Virus record (IMG/VR): IMGVR_UViG_3300015608_004761
Location: 1-64,000 of that record
DNA length: 64,000 nt
DNA from: a virus
Lineage: Duplodnaviria > Caudoviricetes
Reading direction: 5' to 3' (one strand)
Position numbers and translations under genes: made by a program
Shown here: in pieces, positions 38,297 to 47,838 of the stretch
How the letters are laid out: each line of letters begins with the position of its first letter
How positions within the stretch are numbered: position 1 is the first letter of the stretch
Notes under the pieces: model-generated
Databases searched by the model: none
Told to the model about the DNA's origin: nothing
What the model saw: the letters and a program-made list of their open reading frames with translations, nothing else

Positions 38297-39950
38297 TCAA
38301 AAAGTAACCCTCACCCGATCGGCCTACGCGCAGGCCATCATTCAGTGGGAGGGGAGACCTTTGTCGCTGGACATGTACCCCATGTTCAAGGCGACGTACG
38401 ACGGGGACTACCAGCTCACGGTCTTGAAGACCAGCCGACAGGTCGGCAAGTCCATCCGGCTGATGGTCTACCTGCTGACGGACTCGATCGCCCGCGCGCA
38501 CTACAAGTCCCTCTTCGTCACGCCGAGCGAGGGGCAGACCGACAAGTTCTCCAACCTTCGACTCGCGCAGGCCATCCGGTTCTCGCCGCACATCCGGGAC
38601 AACTTCATCGACCCGTCGATGCCGAACGGCGTGCGCATCCGCTCGTTCAACAACGGCTCGTCCATCGTCTGCACCTTCGCCTCGGACAACGCCGACCGCG
38701 TGCGCGGCAACTCGGCCGACCACATCATGATCGACGAGACGCAGGACGTGCTCCTCGACGCCGTGGTGCCCGAGATCCGGGAGGTGCTCTCCGAGAGCAA
38801 CTACAAGTACCAGAGCTTCTGCGGCACCCCGAAGACGCTTGAGAACGGCCTGGAGCACCTCTGGAAGAACTCCACCCAGACCGAGTGGGCCATGAAGTGC
38901 ACCGGGTGCGGCAAGTACTCGGTGATCGTCTCGGAGAAGCAGCTCGGCAAGCTAGGTCCAATCTGCGGTCACTGCTCGACCTACCTGAACCCGCGCACCG
39001 GGATCTGGGTCGACATGAACCGCAACCCTAACGCCCTCTTCAAGGGGTTCCACGTCTCGCGCCCAATCATGCTGCGTGGCGTGCCTGCCGCCTGGGAGCC
39101 CGGGTCCGACCGGCACCAGAAGGCCATCGTCGAGTGGAAGAACGAGATCCTCGGCAAGCTCGAAGGCCCCCTGTGCTACTCGCTGCCGAAGTTCCGCAAT
39201 GAGGTGCTCGGCATCTCGGACTCCGTCGGCACGCGGCTCATCACCGAGGAGATGCTCTGGAACGCGGCCACCGGGCCCGTCATGAGCGACAAGCCCACGC
39301 CCGAGCTCATGCAGGGGATCGTGCGCGTGGCCGCCGGCATCGACTGGTCGGGCGGCGGCGGGGACGGACACTCCTCGACCGTGCTCGTGATCCTGGGCCG
39401 CATGCCCTCCGGCAAGAATCGCGTCCTCTACTTCAAGATCTTCTCCGGTATCCACGCGGCCCAGGAGAACGCCGAGATCCGCGCCATCCTGCGCAACTAC
39501 GACGTGAACCAGAACCTCATCGTCGGCGGCGACGCGGGCGAGGGCAACATGAACATGGACATGCTGCGCACGAGCATGCCCAACCCCGCGCGCGTCGCGA
39601 AGTTCCGCTACGTCGGCCCCAACGCCAAGCACTACTGCATGTGGGACAAGGCGCGGAACACGTACATGGTCAACCGCACCAACGCGATCGACTCGTGCAT
39701 GTCCGCGTTCCTTCGCAAGGACGTCGAGTTCCCCCGCGAGCCGCGCGCGTACTTGCAGATCGCCTTCAAGCACATCCTCGCGGAGTACGAGGAGGTGACC
39801 AGCAAGGACGGCGGCGGCCGGAAGGTGTGGAGGCACACGCCCGTGGACCCGGACGACTTCCTCCACGCGGTGGTGTTCGCGCGACTGGCGCTCCAGATCG
39901 CGAGCGGCGAGATCAACCTGGGGAGCGCCGTGCCCGGCGAGGACGACTAA
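38280..39950 (+). CDS. terL: Terminase large subunit
   Basis: Walker A TSRQVGKS, Walker B IMIDETQD, GTPKT coupling motif, CxxC..CxxC, nuclease AGIDW..DDFLHA. Confidence 0.88.
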   Translation: MLAVDSQKVTLTRSAYAQAIIQWEGRPLSLDMYPMFKATYDGDYQLTVLKTSRQVGKSIRLMVYLLTDSIARAHYKSLFVTPSEGQTDKFSNLRLAQAIRFSPHIRDNFIDPSMPNGVRIRSFNNGSSIVCTFASDNADRVRGNSADHIMIDETQDVLLDAVVPEIREVLSESNYKYQSFCGTPKTLENGLEHLWKNSTQTEWAMKCTGCGKYSVIVSEKQLGKLGPICGHCSTYLNPRTGIWVDMNRNPNALFKGFHVSRPIMLRGVPAAWEPGSDRHQKAIVEWKNEILGKLEGPLCYSLPKFRNEVLGISDSVGTRLITEEMLWNAATGPVMSDKPTPELMQGIVRVAAGIDWSGGGGDGHSSTVLVILGRMPSGKNRVLYFKIFSGIHAAQENAEIRAILRNYDVNQNLIVGGDAGEGNMNMDMLRTSMPNPARVAKFRYVGPNAKHYCMWDKARNTYMVNRTNAIDSCMSAFLRKDVEFPREPRAYLQIAFKHILAEYEEVTSKDGGGRKVWRHTPVDPDDFLHAVVFARLALQIASGEINLGSAVPGEDD

Positions 39951-40738
39951 GGGAGGAGGATGCGGGGGGCGTGGAACGGCTCGGCCGGCGCCGAGGGGCC
40001 GTTGTCCACGTGCTGGAGGAGGGGCGCGGCGAGGGCGGCCTCCTCGGGGACGAGGCTGACGGTCTCGGAGGCCCTCGCGCGGCTGATCCAGCCGATGACG
40101 GCCTTGCGGATCGCCTCGGCGCGCGCGGGCTGGTGCGGCTCAATGCCCCAGGCGTAGACCCACAGGGCGCGCAGCACGTCGGCCTCGGCGCGGTGCGGCG
40201 GCAGGGGGCGGCCCTGGAGGGACTCGTAGCCCACGGCGAGGTTGTACTTCTTGCGGCCGTCACGGTCGGCGAGCAGCCGCGAGTAGGCCATCACCTCGTC
40301 GTGGTGGCGCTCCCAGATGCCGCAGTCGTCGGGCATGGTGTCGTGCGAGTAGGGGAGGTCGCCGTGGGGCTGCACGCGGTGGCGGACGATCTCGTGCCAG
40401 ATGAAGCCCTTGTCGAAGGGGATGTTCTGGTTGCACATCACGGCCCCGCGCAGGTCGTCGCGGATGGCGGCCCACGCCTCGGCGGCCTCGGGCGAGCCGC
40501 ACATCGGGGCGCCCTGCCAGTCTGGGTGGCCGGGGCGGTAGCCGTTGACCTCCAGGGCCTTGGGGGAGGCCGCGCGCAGGTCCTCGGCACCTGGGGTGAA
40601 GCGGTAGGTGCGGATCTCGAACTTCGACCAGTCGTCGTTCTGGATGACGACGTAGGCGATCTCGATCACGCGGAAGAGCAGGGCCTGGAGGCCCGTCGTC
40701 TCGACGTCGGCGACGACGAACTTTTCGGGGAACGACAT
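39947..40738 (-). CDS. DEDDh 3'-5' exonuclease (DnaQ-like)
   Basis: DVETTG, NIPFDKGFI, HRAEAD; start refined to ATG 40738 (RBS GAGAGG). Confidence 0.85.
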   Translation of the reverse strand: MSFPEKFVVADVETTGLQALLFRVIEIAYVVIQNDDWSKFEIRTYRFTPGAEDLRAASPKALEVNGYRPGHPDWQGAPMCGSPEAAEAWAAIRDDLRGAVMCNQNIPFDKGFIWHEIVRHRVQPHGDLPYSHDTMPDDCGIWERHHDEVMAYSRLLADRDGRKKYNLAVGYESLQGRPLPPHRAEADVLRALWVYAWGIEPHQPARAEAIRKAVIGWISRARASETVSLVPEEAALAAPLLQHVDNGPSAPAEPFHAPRILLP

Positions 40739-40759
40739 GTTCGGGATTCCTCTCGGGGC

Positions 40760-40900
40760 AAAAAAACAGCCGTGGGAACGCGCCAGCTTCAAGCACTCCC
40801 CGGGCGCTGGCGCACCGCACGGGGCAGGAGACCGACCGAGCGTCTCGAACGGGTCGACCGGTGGAGGAGGAGAGCACGCGTCGGCCGCGCGTGCCAGGAC
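40760..40900 (-). ncRNA. Candidate structured intergenic RNA or attenuator
   Basis: GGTAGAAG motif upstream, three hairpins, ends in a T7 run. Confidence 0.35.
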
Positions 40901-40914
40901 ATGCACTTCTACCG

Positions 40915-43900
40915 CTATGCGGCCTTCTTCTTCGACTTCGGCTTCGAGTCCTCCCAGTCGTCCGGGTCGCGCAGGTCGACGAACTTGTCACCCTCGGTGT
41001 AACCGTCCAGCTCCGGCGCAGGAAGCGGAGGAGGCAGCTTCGAGAGGTACTTGGCGGCCGAGGAGAGCGTGCCGTAGCTCGACCCCATCTCCAGGTCCCA
41101 CCGGTAGGGGGCCTTGAGCCAGGGGTTGTCGCGGCCGACCTTCTTGGTGCCGTACTCGTGGATGAGGTCCGGCATCTGGTGGGCGTACTTCTTGGCCACC
41201 TGACCGCCGATGGAGTCGTGCACCGTGAGGAGCAGGTGCCCGCCCATGTCGCGCTCGATGATGGGCGCGATCTCGCACATGGTTGTCAGCACGATCTGGG
41301 AGCTCGTGCGCTGGATCTTCACGTTGACCCCCTGGCGCTCGGCGCGCGCCAGGAGCGACTTCGGCGCGTTGGCCGCGTCGATCGGGAAGCGGCGCCGGCC
41401 GCCGTGGTAGGTCTCGACCAGACCGAAGGTCCGAAGCTCCCACTTGGTCTGCTCCATGTAGAGCGGGATCGAGGGGAACTTCGAGAAGAGCAGGTCCTTC
41501 ACCACCTGGGCCAGGGCCAGCGGGATGCCCGCGATCTCGGCGATCTTCCTGACGCCCGCGCCGAAGAGCATCCCGAAGACCAGACGCTTGATGTTGGTGC
41601 GCAGCTCCTTCAGGCGTACGACGTACGACTTCTCCAGGATCTGGTCCTTGTCCTCCAGGGTGTGGGCCGCGAAGAAGTCCTCGTAGCTCCAGGCGTGGTC
41701 GTCGTCCACGCCCGCGCGCTCCAAGGCCAACTGCCGGTCGCGGCCGGTCTTGCCCGCCCCGACCTGGGCGGGGTTCAGCGCCGCCGAGGCGAAGAAGCAG
41801 TGGGCGTCCAGACCGTCGCAGAGTGCTGCGTTCAGGGCGTCGTCCTCCGAGTAGGAGCCGAAGATCGTGACTTCGGCCCCCTTGGCGTCGGCGTTGAAGA
41901 AGCACTGATCGTCCGAGTCGGGGATGAAGAGCTTCTTGCACTTCACCCCCTCGAAGACGGGCGTCTTCCCGTCGTCCATCAGCACCATCTTGCCGCGCGT
42001 GTCGCGCAGGGCCCCGAGGAAGCCGCGCGGCATGTTCTGGAAGTTGAAGCCGACGCCTGTGACACCCGATGAGGACGATAGGCGGTCGGTCACGGTGCCT
42101 GTCTGGTTGTAGCCGCCGTGCACGTGGTCGTCGCCGAACATCTCGGCGAGCTTGCCCGCGTTCTCGAAGAACGTGTGTCGGGCCTTGTCCGCCTTCTTCC
42201 TCGCGAGCAGCAGGTTCGCGAGCGGGCACTCGAAGCGGCTGACCAAGCCCTTGAGCACGTGCTCGCTCGTCTGGATCTGCTTGCCGGCGGTGAAGTGGTG
42301 GGGCGTGTAGTACATCCGCCCGTTCGCGTAGCGGGCCTCCCCGGGGTTCTTCCGGGCGATCTCCTCGGCGTGCTCGGGGTTGGGGTGGATAAAGCCCGCC
42401 CCGCCCTCGAAGAGGAACGAGGCGATCTTGCGCGCGGCGCCCAGCTTGAAGTTCTCCCCGCAGACCTCGTAGATCTGCTGGTCGGTGACGGCCAGCACCT
42501 GATCGAGCTTCTCGATGCCGTAGGTGAGGTACGCCTTGTCGATCTTGACGCCACGCAGCTCGATCTTGGCCAGCTCTCGCTGGAGCGGCAGCTTGAAGGC
42601 CCGCACGGTGGTGTGTGAGGGGTGCGGATCGGGGCAGAGCTCCTTGACGACAAAGACCTGCTTGCCCTGCTGGGCGGGGGGCTGGTTCGCGAGGCTCTCC
42701 TTCTCGACAGCACGCTTACGCGCGATGATCTTGTCCTCCTCCAGCATTCGTCGGTTCTGGATGAGCGCGAGGCGGCGCGTCACGTCCGCGTCCACGGCCG
42801 CGTAGAAGCTGAGCTCCGGCAGGGAGACGTGCTCGTAGCCCCCCTTCTTCTTGCGCTCCTTGGCCTCGGCCTCCTTCTGCTGATAGGAGAACTCGCCCGC
42901 CGCCTTGGCCGCGAGCACGATGCGCAGGTCCGCGAGGTGCTCGGCCGAGATGGGCTGCTTCTTGTGCAGCCCCGTGGCGAGCATCTTCTCCACCGTCGGA
43001 ACCTTGAACGCGACGGTGACGAGCTTCGCCTCCGTCACCCGCTTGAGGGCCTGGGCGACCCCCTCGGGCACCCGGACGGTCTTGGTCCTGGTGACCTGGA
43101 CGGCCTCCCCCTCGCCCTCCTCGTCCTGCTCCAACTGGTCCTTCAGCCGGTCCTCGTAGCCTGAGAACTGGGGGAAGAACCGCTTGGTGAGGGCCTTCAG
43201 GCTGTACTCTCCCTTCTTGTCCTCCTCCAGGGTGTGCTCGGCGAGCATGGCGTCCCACCACGGCCTCCCGATGTCGGTCATCGGCAGCCCGAGGCGCCAC
43301 AGGACCTTCCAGTCGTACTTGCCGTGGTGCCACATGAGCTTCTTGCCCGAGCGCAAGAGCTCCTTGACCATCTCCCAAGCCGCCGCCCCGTCGTACGGCG
43401 TACTGTCGTGCCAGAGGGGAACGAAGGCGGCCTTGCCCTCGTCCCAGGCGAACGACACCCCGAGGCACTTCAGGCCCGACCACTGGGGGTGCAAGGTGTT
43501 CGTCTCGGTGTCGAACGAGATCGCCCAGTCCAGGGGGTCGGTCCCCGGCCTGGAGTAGCGGATCACCTCGTCGATCAGCTCCCGCACCTCGGGGAGCGTC
43601 TGAGGGAAGCGGTAGCCCGAGGCCGCCTGCTCGCGGGACAGGCGCGCCACGGGCTGGTCTCGGACGATCCGCAGGGCGCGCTCCACGTCGGCCAGGAGGG
43701 TCTGGTAGGTGCCGACGTGGCCCGCGTAGCTCTTGAGCGACCGGGTGGCGACGACCGACACCTCGACGCCCCCGACGCGCACGTTCTCGAACGCCCGCCC
43801 GAGGGCCTCGGCCTCCGAGCGGACGTTCACGCCGAGGGCGTGCAGGGCGGGCAGGCCGCACGCCAGGACCACCACGCGCTTGTTGAAGCCGAGGGTGACC

Positions 43901-44334
43901 CGGTTGGACACCACGCGCGCGATGTCCGCGAGGAGGTACGGGTTGCACATCGAGGCGGCCTTCTTATCGACCTTCTCGGACGCGCACTTCACCGCGTAGG
44001 CGTACCGTACCTGGAGATTCGGGAAGCCGTTGTCGGCTACCTCCTTGACGGCCTGACGGACGACCTTGGCGCCGTCGTCCGCCCACACGCGGTGGTGCTG
44101 ACGCTCCATCTGCACCGCCTGCCCCCCGATCAGGGCGAGGCGTGGCACGGGCGGGGCGTCGGCCAGGACGATCAGCTCGGCGGTGTCGGGGCCGTCGGGG
44201 TGGGGGTAGTAGTGGGCGTCCTTGAACGAGGGGCACCCCTCGCACGATGGGCCCGCCTTGACGTTGTAGGGGGGCTGCTGGCAGAGCGGGCAGGCGGACG
44301 GTTCGATCTGGAGGACTGGCAGTTGGGTGGCCAC
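40915..44334 (-). CDS. polA: Family A DNA polymerase with N-terminal UDG (family 4)-like domain and 3'-5' exonuclease
   Basis: CEGC..YAVKC..CNPYL..VVVLACG (UDG-like); FDTET, HGKYD, YAAVD (exonuclease); TVTDRLSS, NFQNMP, DAKGAE, RTNIKRLVFGMLFG, VHDS (PolA). Confidence 0.9.
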   Translation of the reverse strand: MATQLPVLQIEPSACPLCQQPPYNVKAGPSCEGCPSFKDAHYYPHPDGPDTAELIVLADAPPVPRLALIGGQAVQMERQHHRVWADDGAKVVRQAVKEVADNGFPNLQVRYAYAVKCASEKVDKKAASMCNPYLLADIARVVSNRVTLGFNKRVVVLACGLPALHALGVNVRSEAEALGRAFENVRVGGVEVSVVATRSLKSYAGHVGTYQTLLADVERALRIVRDQPVARLSREQAASGYRFPQTLPEVRELIDEVIRYSRPGTDPLDWAISFDTETNTLHPQWSGLKCLGVSFAWDEGKAAFVPLWHDSTPYDGAAAWEMVKELLRSGKKLMWHHGKYDWKVLWRLGLPMTDIGRPWWDAMLAEHTLEEDKKGEYSLKALTKRFFPQFSGYEDRLKDQLEQDEEGEGEAVQVTRTKTVRVPEGVAQALKRVTEAKLVTVAFKVPTVEKMLATGLHKKQPISAEHLADLRIVLAAKAAGEFSYQQKEAEAKERKKKGGYEHVSLPELSFYAAVDADVTRRLALIQNRRMLEEDKIIARKRAVEKESLANQPPAQQGKQVFVVKELCPDPHPSHTTVRAFKLPLQRELAKIELRGVKIDKAYLTYGIEKLDQVLAVTDQQIYEVCGENFKLGAARKIASFLFEGGAGFIHPNPEHAEEIARKNPGEARYANGRMYYTPHHFTAGKQIQTSEHVLKGLVSRFECPLANLLLARKKADKARHTFFENAGKLAEMFGDDHVHGGYNQTGTVTDRLSSSSGVTGVGFNFQNMPRGFLGALRDTRGKMVLMDDGKTPVFEGVKCKKLFIPDSDDQCFFNADAKGAEVTIFGSYSEDDALNAALCDGLDAHCFFASAALNPAQVGAGKTGRDRQLALERAGVDDDHAWSYEDFFAAHTLEDKDQILEKSYVVRLKELRTNIKRLVFGMLFGAGVRKIAEIAGIPLALAQVVKDLLFSKFPSIPLYMEQTKWELRTFGLVETYHGGRRRFPIDAANAPKSLLARAERQGVNVKIQRTSSQIVLTTMCEIAPIIERDMGGHLLLTVHDSIGGQVAKKYAHQMPDLIHEYGTKKVGRDNPWLKAPYRWDLEMGSSYGTLSSAAKYLSKLPPPLPAPELDGYTEGDKFVDLRDPDDWEDSKPKSKKKAA

Positions 44335-44341
44335 GTCTACC

Positions 44342-47300
44342 TCACATGTTGAAGCTGTTGTCGTCGGGCGGGATGGCGCCGCCCTTGCCGCCCGCGAGGG
44401 CGGTCAGGTTCGCCGGGGGGCCGCTGTGGGCGACCCCGGGCGTCTTCTGCTCTCCGAAGGAGGTGCGCCGCTTGCTCACGTCCCGGACCTTGGCCACGAA
44501 GGAGCCCAGTCGCAGGACCGTGATCGTGTGCGCGTCGGCCGACAGGCCGCACGCCTGGATGAAGTTCATCACGCCGAGCTTGTCGAAGTCCGCTTGCGGG
44601 ACGGCCGTGGCGTGCTGGTCGAGGAGGTGCTTCAGGCGGTGGTACTCCTGCTTGCACCAGGGCTCGGTGCGGAAGAGGGCCCCGCCGTTGGACATGGCGG
44701 CGATCCAGTCGATCACGAGGTAGCCCTGCTCGTTGTGGTAGAGCGCCCCGCACATCATGGTGTTGAGCACGGGCCACTTGTCGGGCTCCGCGAGGAGCGC
44801 CATCACGGAGGTGTAGTTCGAGCCCATGCGCACCCCGTTGGTGCGCAGGAACGTGTCGAAGAGGATGTTCGTGGGGGTGGCGTGGGCGTAGGCGTTGAGC
44901 GACGTCTCCCGGGCGAGGGTGCAGTCGACGACGAAGTCGCGCCACTTGCCGCCGAGCAGGGCGAGCATGGTGGCGGGGCCCGCGAAGTTGCGCAGGAAGC
45001 GGGTCTCGACCTTGAAGGGCAGGTTCATGTCCGAGGTGGCCAGCTCCCGAGAGATCGACTCGAAGAGCTTCTTGTAGGCGGCGTGGAAGTGGAAGAGCCC
45101 CAGGTTCAGGGTGCGCCGTAGCTTCGCGTACTCCTCCGGCGTGACGATCTCGTGGATGGCGACGGCCGGGTCCTTGTGTCCGACCACCTTCACGAGGTCG
45201 ATCTCCAGACGCCGGTTGATGTCCTGCATGTCGCGCGGCGGGTGCGTCGAGGTGGTCATGGAGTTGGTGTGGACGACGCGGACCTCGGCGACGCCGCCGA
45301 CCATCCGTCGGACCTGCGCGCCGCCGGGGAAGATCGACTGCCGCAGGATCTCGATCACGTCCTCGACCTGACGGCTCTTCATCATGTGCACGCCGTCCGC
45401 CGTGAACTCGTCGAGCGCGATCAGGCAGGTCGAGCCGTCGTAGAAGTTGTAGATGGAGGCGGCCGAGTAGTTGGACTGGTAGCTCGACCAGTCCACGAGC
45501 TTGAGCTCCGGGTGCTGGCCGCCGCTCAGGACGGACATGAGCTTGGACTTGCCGGCGCTCGTCGGGGCGGTGATCCCCGAGTTGATCTTCTCGTCGCAGA
45601 AGTGAGGCGCGCAGAGGTGGAGTGTGAGCAGGGCCATGAGCAGGGAGTCCTTGCGCCCGTGCTTGAGCCCCCAGCAGCCGTAGATCTTGACGAGCGTCTG
45701 GAGCGCCTCCTGGAGATCCTGGAGGGTCACGGAGTTGCCCCACTCCAGGTCCTCCACGCTGTGCACGACCGTGTCCAAGCCCTTGGGGTGGACCGAGAAG
45801 AGGAACCTCCCGTCGGAGGCCCCCGTGAGCTGCTCCCACTTCACGGGCCCCTCGCCCGTGCTCACCCCCTTGAAGACGCGCCGGCCGGTGTTGACGTACT
45901 GCACCGTGTGGCCGTCGAGTTCGACCACGTGGGGCCCGAGCCCCTTGGTGTCGCACTCTGACTTGGACGGCAGGTTGTGGAAGACGCGCTGCATGGCCAT
46001 GCGCGTGTAGTCGGCGAACGGCTTCTGGAGCTCGCGCATGAGCGGCGCCGCCCGGTCGGCCTTCTCGTCGTAGAGGAACGGCGGCACCCCCACCCGCTGT
46101 GTGAAGAACTGGTGCATGTCCCCGACCACGTTGGACAGGGCGCTCATGGCGGTGAAGCCGTCGTCGGCCGGGAAGCGCACGGCCCGCTCGGTCTCCTTGT
46201 GCTGGGCGTAGACCATGCTCCCCTTCACGGTCTCCTCCTTGTAGAGGAAGTGCAGGTCGTGGGCGAGCGTGTCGGCGATGCGGCTGACGAAGCCCTCCTC
46301 GTCGTCCTGGCCCTGGACGATCTGCGCCCGCACGGCGCCGGGGGCCACCCCCAGGCGCGCGGCGGCCTTGTCCAGGTAGCTCGCGAGCTGCGCCGGGTTG
46401 AGCAGGCACTCGCCGTACTTCACGGCGACGGCCGTCTTCTCGCGCGTCTCGGTGAGGTCGGCCGAGTCCTCGACGGCCCGCTCCAGGGCCCAATCGTCGC
46501 AGGCCACGAAGGCAGCCTCGGGCTCGTCCATCGCCACCCGGCGGAAGTGGTCGAAGCCCTTCTCCCGTATCACCTCGTCGGCGTCCTTCAGGAACCCGTT
46601 GCCGTCGCGCAGGGCCCCCCAGCGGGCGAACACCCGGCACTCGATCTGTCGCGCGGTGAGGAGGCGGCTGCGCAGCCACAGCTCCCCGCGCCCCTGGTCG
46701 GGGTCGGGGTGGTCGTGTAGCAGGTACGCCGTGTCGACGCCCGCCTCCGCGAGGGCGTCCGTCGTGTTCTCCGTGCCGCAGGTGCTCACCACCCACCAGC
46801 CCGTGAGGTTCTCGCGGATGATGCCCTCGGCGATCGAGGTCATGTCGTTCTCGCCCTCGACGGCGATGAGCCGGACGCTGCGCACGTCCCGCTCGACCCC
46901 GGCCGCGTCGGGGGCGTAGAGCCCGAAGAAGCCGTGCCCCTCGTCCGGGTGGTAGGGCGCGAGCATCTTGAAGTTGCCCTGCTTGGTATTGTCGGCGTCG
47001 GGCCGACGCAGGCGAATGCGAGCCGGGGTGGTGAAGTCGTGACCCGTCACGTACGCGACGGCCCCCACCCACTCCGGCCCCGCCGACTCGGCGAGCTTCT
47101 TCACGCGTTCGAGGATCTTGCCGCGTCTCTCCGGGGAGAAGCGCGTCGAGACGCTCTTGGCGTAGTCGTCCGTCGCCGACTTCTCCATGTGGTTCTTGCA
47201 CATCTCCAGGAGGTGATCCTGGGGCGGCCATACGCCGTACGGGAGGTTCGAGACCATGTCCGGCGAGTGGCCCCGCTGCTTGAAGATCCACTCCATGGCA

Positions 47301-47812
47301 GGGCGGGCGATCTGCTGGGCCAGCGCGTCGTACGCCGTATGGTCCCATCGGTCGGCCTCCGGCGGGGAGATCATCTTGACGAGGTAGTCGTTGACGGCCC
47401 ATGCCATCACGCGCAGCGCCTCCCGGTGCTGGTCGAGGGCCTCGTAGGCCGTGCCCTGCTTCTCGGTGACGGGGCGAAACCCCGTGATCGAGTGGATGCG
47501 CGCGAGCCCCTCGGCGTAGCTCCAGCCGAGGCAGTCCTGGAGGAGCTGGAGGAGGTTGCGCGTGGTGTAGTTGCAGCTCTTGCACTGGACACGCCCCCGG
47601 AGCAGGTCCACGTAGCACGACGGGTTGTGGTCCGGGTGCGACGGGGTGGGGCAGCGCATGAGCAGGGTCTTGGCCGACACGGCCCGGACCTGGGAGTCGG
47701 GGAACGCCTGTTCGAGGAACAGGCGCATGCGCCCCGTATCCATCCGCTTGATGAGTTCGATCGCGTCGCTCTGACGCAAAGGGGTGGTGTTGGAGCCCTT
47801 CCCTCGTGCCAT
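44342..47812 (-). CDS. DnaG-type primase (Zn finger + TOPRIM) fused to C-terminal P-loop ATPase/helicase
   Basis: CPTPSHPDHNPSC..CKSC; AVEGEND; DHPDPD; KDAD; TAPTSAGKS; IALDEF. Confidence 0.8.
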   Translation of the reverse strand: MARGKGSNTTPLRQSDAIELIKRMDTGRMRLFLEQAFPDSQVRAVSAKTLLMRCPTPSHPDHNPSCYVDLLRGRVQCKSCNYTTRNLLQLLQDCLGWSYAEGLARIHSITGFRPVTEKQGTAYEALDQHREALRVMAWAVNDYLVKMISPPEADRWDHTAYDALAQQIARPAMEWIFKQRGHSPDMVSNLPYGVWPPQDHLLEMCKNHMEKSATDDYAKSVSTRFSPERRGKILERVKKLAESAGPEWVGAVAYVTGHDFTTPARIRLRRPDADNTKQGNFKMLAPYHPDEGHGFFGLYAPDAAGVERDVRSVRLIAVEGENDMTSIAEGIIRENLTGWWVVSTCGTENTTDALAEAGVDTAYLLHDHPDPDQGRGELWLRSRLLTARQIECRVFARWGALRDGNGFLKDADEVIREKGFDHFRRVAMDEPEAAFVACDDWALERAVEDSADLTETREKTAVAVKYGECLLNPAQLASYLDKAAARLGVAPGAVRAQIVQGQDDEEGFVSRIADTLAHDLHFLYKEETVKGSMVYAQHKETERAVRFPADDGFTAMSALSNVVGDMHQFFTQRVGVPPFLYDEKADRAAPLMRELQKPFADYTRMAMQRVFHNLPSKSECDTKGLGPHVVELDGHTVQYVNTGRRVFKGVSTGEGPVKWEQLTGASDGRFLFSVHPKGLDTVVHSVEDLEWGNSVTLQDLQEALQTLVKIYGCWGLKHGRKDSLLMALLTLHLCAPHFCDEKINSGITAPTSAGKSKLMSVLSGGQHPELKLVDWSSYQSNYSAASIYNFYDGSTCLIALDEFTADGVHMMKSRQVEDVIEILRQSIFPGGAQVRRMVGGVAEVRVVHTNSMTTSTHPPRDMQDINRRLEIDLVKVVGHKDPAVAIHEIVTPEEYAKLRRTLNLGLFHFHAAYKKLFESISRELATSDMNLPFKVETRFLRNFAGPATMLALLGGKWRDFVVDCTLARETSLNAYAHATPTNILFDTFLRTNGVRMGSNYTSVMALLAEPDKWPVLNTMMCGALYHNEQGYLVIDWIAAMSNGGALFRTEPWCKQEYHRLKHLLDQHATAVPQADFDKLGVMNFIQACGLSADAHTITVLRLGSFVAKVRDVSKRRTSFGEQKTPGVAHSGPPANLTALAGGKGGAIPPDDNSFNM

Positions 47813-47838
47813 GCGCCCTCCTTTCTCGGGTCAATCTG

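Noticed and set aside
40830-40862. tRNA suggested by GTTCGAGA
   Set aside because: No cloverleaf, D-arm, anticodon arm or CCA could be built
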